From: Octopus vulgaris | Lineage: Eukaryota | Assembly (NCBI GenBank): GCA_951406725.2 | Contig: OX597824.1 | Span: forward strand, 60,016,001-60,080,000 | Direction of reading: 5' to 3' | DNA: 64,000 nt | Shown: in pieces, positions 59,590 through 64,000 of the stretch | Layout of the letters: each line of letters starts with the position of its first letter | Position numbering within the stretch: position 1 is the first letter of the stretch | Made by a program: the position numbers and the translations under genes | Notes under the pieces: generated by a model | Told to the model about the DNA's origin: nothing | What the model saw: only the letters and a program-made list of their open reading frames with translations | The model's database searches: none

Positions 59590-60060
59590 TTTAAGTGAAG
59601 GGTAGATATTCTATATTACTTGTGTATGATGGGTGATGCCACATGGTTATGAGAGATGGACATTGAACCCAAGGGATGTGTGAAGGTTGAAGAGAAATGA
59701 AGTAAGCATGCTCCATTGAATGTTTAATATTAATATGCACAAGTGACATTGTACAGATGAGCTCAGAGATAAACTGGGTATAAGAGGAACTAGTTGTAGT
59801 GTGCAAGAACAAAGATTGTGTTGTTATAGATATGTAATACATATAGAGGATAACAGATAGGTGAAGATGTGGCAGGAGTTCGAAGTGGAAAGAATTAATG
59901 AGAAAAGAAGACCAAGACAGACATAGGGCAGAACACAACAAGTAGCTAGTTGCTGTGGTTGGAAAGGATCCCTCAAGCTCATGCCAAGCATGGATAAGTG
60001 GATGTAAAAATGATTGGTGATAGCAACAATAATGATGACAATCTTGAATATTATGATGAT
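59590..60060 (+). mobile_element. Old RTE 3-prime fragment
   Basis: aagtgaagggtagat..tgaagagaaatgaagtaagcatgctcc..gtagtgtgcaaga aligns with the RTE C-terminus at 34200-34440. Confidence 0.55.
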
Positions 60061-60490
60061 GGCAATACAGTTATCCATATTAAAACATTTTCCTAAAAGA
60101 AACTTAATGTGTATAAACAATTCAAAAATAGACTCAATTAGTTTGCTGTGAAAACAAGAAAACTTCTAATGCATTAGATTCTTCCCTTTGTCAGAGACCA
60201 ACCCCAACTACTTTGAGCTTCACTCTTTGCTTTATTAACTAATGTGTAGATTATTGCCAACCAATGATTAGAAGCCCAGCAAAATACAACGATGCACTTT
60301 CTCTTGCAGACTAAGAAGTAGTGAAATAACAGAATGACCGAGATTAAAAGGTAAACTAATTTCATAATTATAACACTTTATATAAATTTTTGAAGAAATA
60401 TAACATCTATGTTGGATGAAAAGGAATCATCATTTTACATTAATCTCATGAGAGAAATTCCCTCAATGTCTATAGATCCTTCCTAATTTA

Positions 60491-61430
60491 CAGGGTGGGA
60501 AACCAAATCTTGGAAAATAATAAATAATTCACTAAACTGTTTATTTTACAACCAGCAGCCTGACATAAATATAATTTTAACACAAGTTTATAGAAGTATA
60601 AAGAGACAATTTATTCAATATGTCTGCCTTCATTGTCCACCACAGCCTACACACACCGCCTGAAAGCATCACAACTCTTCATGATGAAGCATTCAGACAT
60701 GTCCCACTCTTCCCTCAAGACTTGCTTAAGTTGCCCCATACAGCATAGTTCATGGTGTTCAAGTCTGGGCTGGAAGAAGGCCAGAAGTTGGCAGGTCAAA
60801 AGTCGGCGAAGTTGTCTTTGCAGAATTTCTGCACTTTCTTTGCCATATGAGCAGGAGCATCACCTTGAGCCCACACATAATTACCATTGGGGTAGTTAAG
60901 CTTCAGCCAAGGCAAAATCCTATACTGCAGGACTTCATAATAAATTTCAGCCATCACCTTTTCTCCCAGACTTGAGAAAATGGAGTGGCATCTTTTTTCT
61001 GTCAGACGCCACGAATCCGAGTACCATGACATGAGCTGGGTGCTTGATCCTAAAGACGGCCTTTACTCGGGATGATGACTTAGTACTGTATTGATCATTG
61101 CTATGGTTAAAAATAGCATCAACAGTAAAGATTTTAACAGTTTGTCCATTGTGCTTCAGGTTTCACAACACTTTTTAGCCTTTTCATACCTTCTAGCTTT
61201 CATTGCATGGGTCAATAGGGGTCTTGGGATCCTCACATATAACTCCAACTGTAAATCAGTGTGTACAGCAGTTCTTATGGTCTTTGGATCAACTTCCATG
61301 GACAGTTTTCTCATGGATGTTGTTAGATCTTTCGAAATTTTGGCTTTGAGAGAGCTTTAAGAAATGTATTAACCTGTTTTTTTATTTATCCCTCCACTTC
61401 TTTACTTTCTCTTGATGAGAAAGTTTTGCT
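60491..61430 (-). mobile_element. Decayed Tc1/mariner-superfamily transposon, DD37D (maT-like) type
   Basis: TA-CAGGGTG terminus at about 60490. Minus strand YYEVL..ILPWLK.NYPNGNYVWAQGDAPAH...FWPSSSPDLNTMNYAVW, with 37 residues between the expected second and third catalytic positions. Confidence 0.8.
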
Positions 61431-61567
61431 TCCCCAGTTTTAATCTTTTTAATGTCAATCCACCTGAGACTGCCCTTAGTTCTATGACACAAACTTTTTC
61501 ATTTAAATTAAAACATTCCATCAAAATTTCTTGTTTATATTCCAAACACTAGCATAATAAGTTACCT

Positions 61568-61940
61568 TAGGCTCAGGTGTGGCTGTGTGGTAAGAAGTTA
61601 GCTTCTCAACCACATGGTTCCATGGTCATTCCTACTGTGATGCACCTCTGTCAAATGTCTTCTACTATAGCCTTGGAGTGTCCAAAGCCTTGTGAGAGGA
61701 TCTGGTAGGTGGAAACTGAAAGAAGCCATCACATATAACTACGTGTGTTTATCCTCCACTGCCACTTGACAACTGATGATGGTTTGTTTCTGTCCCAGTA
61801 ACTTAGCAGTTTAGCAAAAGAGACCAATAGAATAAGTGCCAGGCTTTAAAGTAAGTACTGGGGTCAATTCTTTAACTAAAAATTCTTCAAGGTGGTGCCC
61901 CAGCATGGCCACAGTCTAATGACTGAAACTAGTAAAAGAT
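61568..61940 (+). mobile_element. SINE family A
   Basis: aggctcaggtgtggctgtgtggtaagaag...actgaaactagtaaaagat. Confidence 0.85.
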
Positions 61941-63606
61941 TATTTTAAAAAGCAAAAAAAAATATCAAAATAAAGAAAGCATATTTCAACAGAATTATCA
62001 TGACTGGAGTTAAGAATAACTGAGCATCACTGATGCGATTGATGTTTATTCTGATCTATTGCAATTAGAATAGGATTGTGTGGGCAAATGTGAAATAGGT
62101 TCCAGAGTGGGTAGTCTTGGATAGAGGGCACTAATTTAGTCAATAAAGTGGAGCCAGTGGCCATGACCACAGGACAACTTGTGAAGTTAATGTTTGCGAA
62201 CTTTTTACATGTTGGTATCATTAGGGAAAAAATGGAAAGGGTAGGTGTTCTAGAGGGTTGCATTTTTGAGAAGAAAGAATTAAGTCCTTAGTGTGGACTT
62301 AGAAAGAAATAAAGAAAAAAAGGGGACATTAAACATGGAATATTTTGTCCTGAGAACCAAACTTAATAAACCCAGGTCTATTTTAAAGAGAAAGAATTTA
62401 ATTAACACTTTTGTTACCAAATTTCTGTTGAAATACACAACATTTATTTCAATTAATTTTGAAGAATTTAATAATGAAGAATTTAATAAAATAGCTAGGT
62501 CATTAAGCTGGTGTTTGGAATATAAATTAGCACAAAATTTTGATCAAAGATTTTAATTTAGGTCATTTTAAAATAGGAAATTTGGATCAAAGAAACAAGG
62601 GCTGTTTACAGCAGGTTAGTTAAAATGTGTCATATTGAGTAGTTCTGGTAACTATAGAGACAGCCCTCTGTTGGTTTGGTAAATCAAATGTTAAACATAA
62701 TAAACCATGTTTAATGAAGATGGAATATGATCACTTGAAACATTTAAAACTGATTGAGTGTTAAACAAAGTCAAAAATGAATCCTTTAATTTGTATCACA
62801 GACATTAACTAATTCTAATGCCAGTTCTTTGATTTATTTCAGAAAGTAGTCTGCTCAAAGAATAAAGTAATTACTGAACCAACATAAACAATTTTCGTAA
62901 GAGGAACACAAGTAGAAAATTCAATTAGAAACTAAAAAATAAAATGAACACAAATGATATTTTTTCTTGTAATTAGATTTTATCTACTTCTTAAACTTTT
63001 TTTTTTTGGTTTTTAACATTAATGAAATCAATCCATTGGTATTTTCATGACGTTTTATAGTTTTACACTATGGTAACCTCACAGTTCAAAATCACTGCCA
63101 TTGTATTCTTCACTGTAGTTAGTCTTTTACTTGACAATGGAGAGGCCTAGCATATGTACTAACTTCAATAGTACATTCTGAATTGGAAAGATACAGAAAT
63201 TATTAACATAGCTTCTATACAATAATTGCACAAATTTATGAAGCATTCCACATTCTGAAGAATAGAAACAATAATTCAGAAACAAACTAGCAAAAACAAG
63301 AACAAACAATACTCCTGTCAACAAAGCACAAAAAGTAAAGAGGAAACAACCCCAAATATTAGAAAATACAGAGAATGATAACTACCAGTATATCTAAGTA
63401 TACAGTTCTTGTCTGAAAATCACAATGGAAGGAGACTAACAGAAGCAGTTTAAATAATTAATCCACTGATGTTTTTAGTACTCTTCTTCTTCCATGTCAA
63501 CAAATTAGAACATTTAATTATATACATAAAAAGCATATAGTTTGAGCCAATAAGTAGACCTCTCTGTGGTTACTTGTTTTAAATAAAGAACAGACATATT
63601 ATACAA

Positions 63607-64000
63607 CTAGCAGCATAGCCCGGGTATGTAAGAAACTTTGTCGATAAGCAATGCCCTTTACCTTTTTTGTACTCATTGAACCATTATTTTGTAAAATGAA
63701 GCCTAAAAGGCATTAAGGCATTCAAGGCACCGTTCCCTTGCATGCATGAAGAAAATCTATGACAGTCAAAGTGCATTTTCTGGTTTTGTTTAGCACACCC
63801 AACCCAGTTCTGCGGGATCAGTGTCGCGACGGGAATGCATGGGTTGGTAGTTTGACTGGCAGAGGTGATAAGGTTGCACATGCCGGCCCTTTTGACACTG
63901 CCATCCCCACCCCCCGAACCCAAGTTGGATTCAGACCACAGCTAAGCCCTACCTAATCCTAACTTAAGTCTAGCAAAAGCGGGTTCAGGAGCAAAAATCG
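63607..64000 (-). mobile_element. Possible Helitron-like element 3-prime end running off the window
   Basis: Minus strand ...cccgggctatgctgCTAG|T resembles the terminus at 52847-52874; the adjacent sequence is more GC-rich than its surroundings. Confidence 0.35.

Noticed and set aside
62027-62320. 78-aa minus-strand ORF possibly from a LINE endonuclease
   Set aside because: Only vague similarity, with no diagnostic motif intact.

Overview
AT-rich, repeat-dense animal genomic DNA. The SINE, RTE and Penelope repeat families and the microsatellite load suggest an octopus (coleoid cephalopod) genome; this is an inference. The ORF track misses the one host gene. Joining GT-AG exons by hand on the + strand gives a 16-exon, 1146-nt reading frame (381 aa plus stop, 7990..58880) whose motifs match PPP1R36 (protein phosphatase 1 regulatory subunit 36). 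An RFX X-box lies about 60 bp upstream of its ATG, and a tRNA-Val(TAC) gene sits 46 bp inside intron 2. The introns hold mostly decayed transposons: RTE, R4/Dong, CR1 and Penelope retroelements, a full-length dead piggyBac, hAT and TTAA MITEs, Helitron-like elements and three tRNA-SINE families, several of them nested. A CRE-like fragment lies upstream of the gene and a DD37D Tc1/mariner downstream. The most unusual signal is about a dozen type I hammerhead-ribozyme-like motifs. Many sit as mirror-image pairs in fold-back elements inside (TA)n tracts, and their cores vary (CUGANGA, GUGAACA = G3-C8 swap, CCGANGA, ACAAUUA). No prokaryotic features or CRISPR arrays were seen. All calls come from reading the sequence; no database searches were run.
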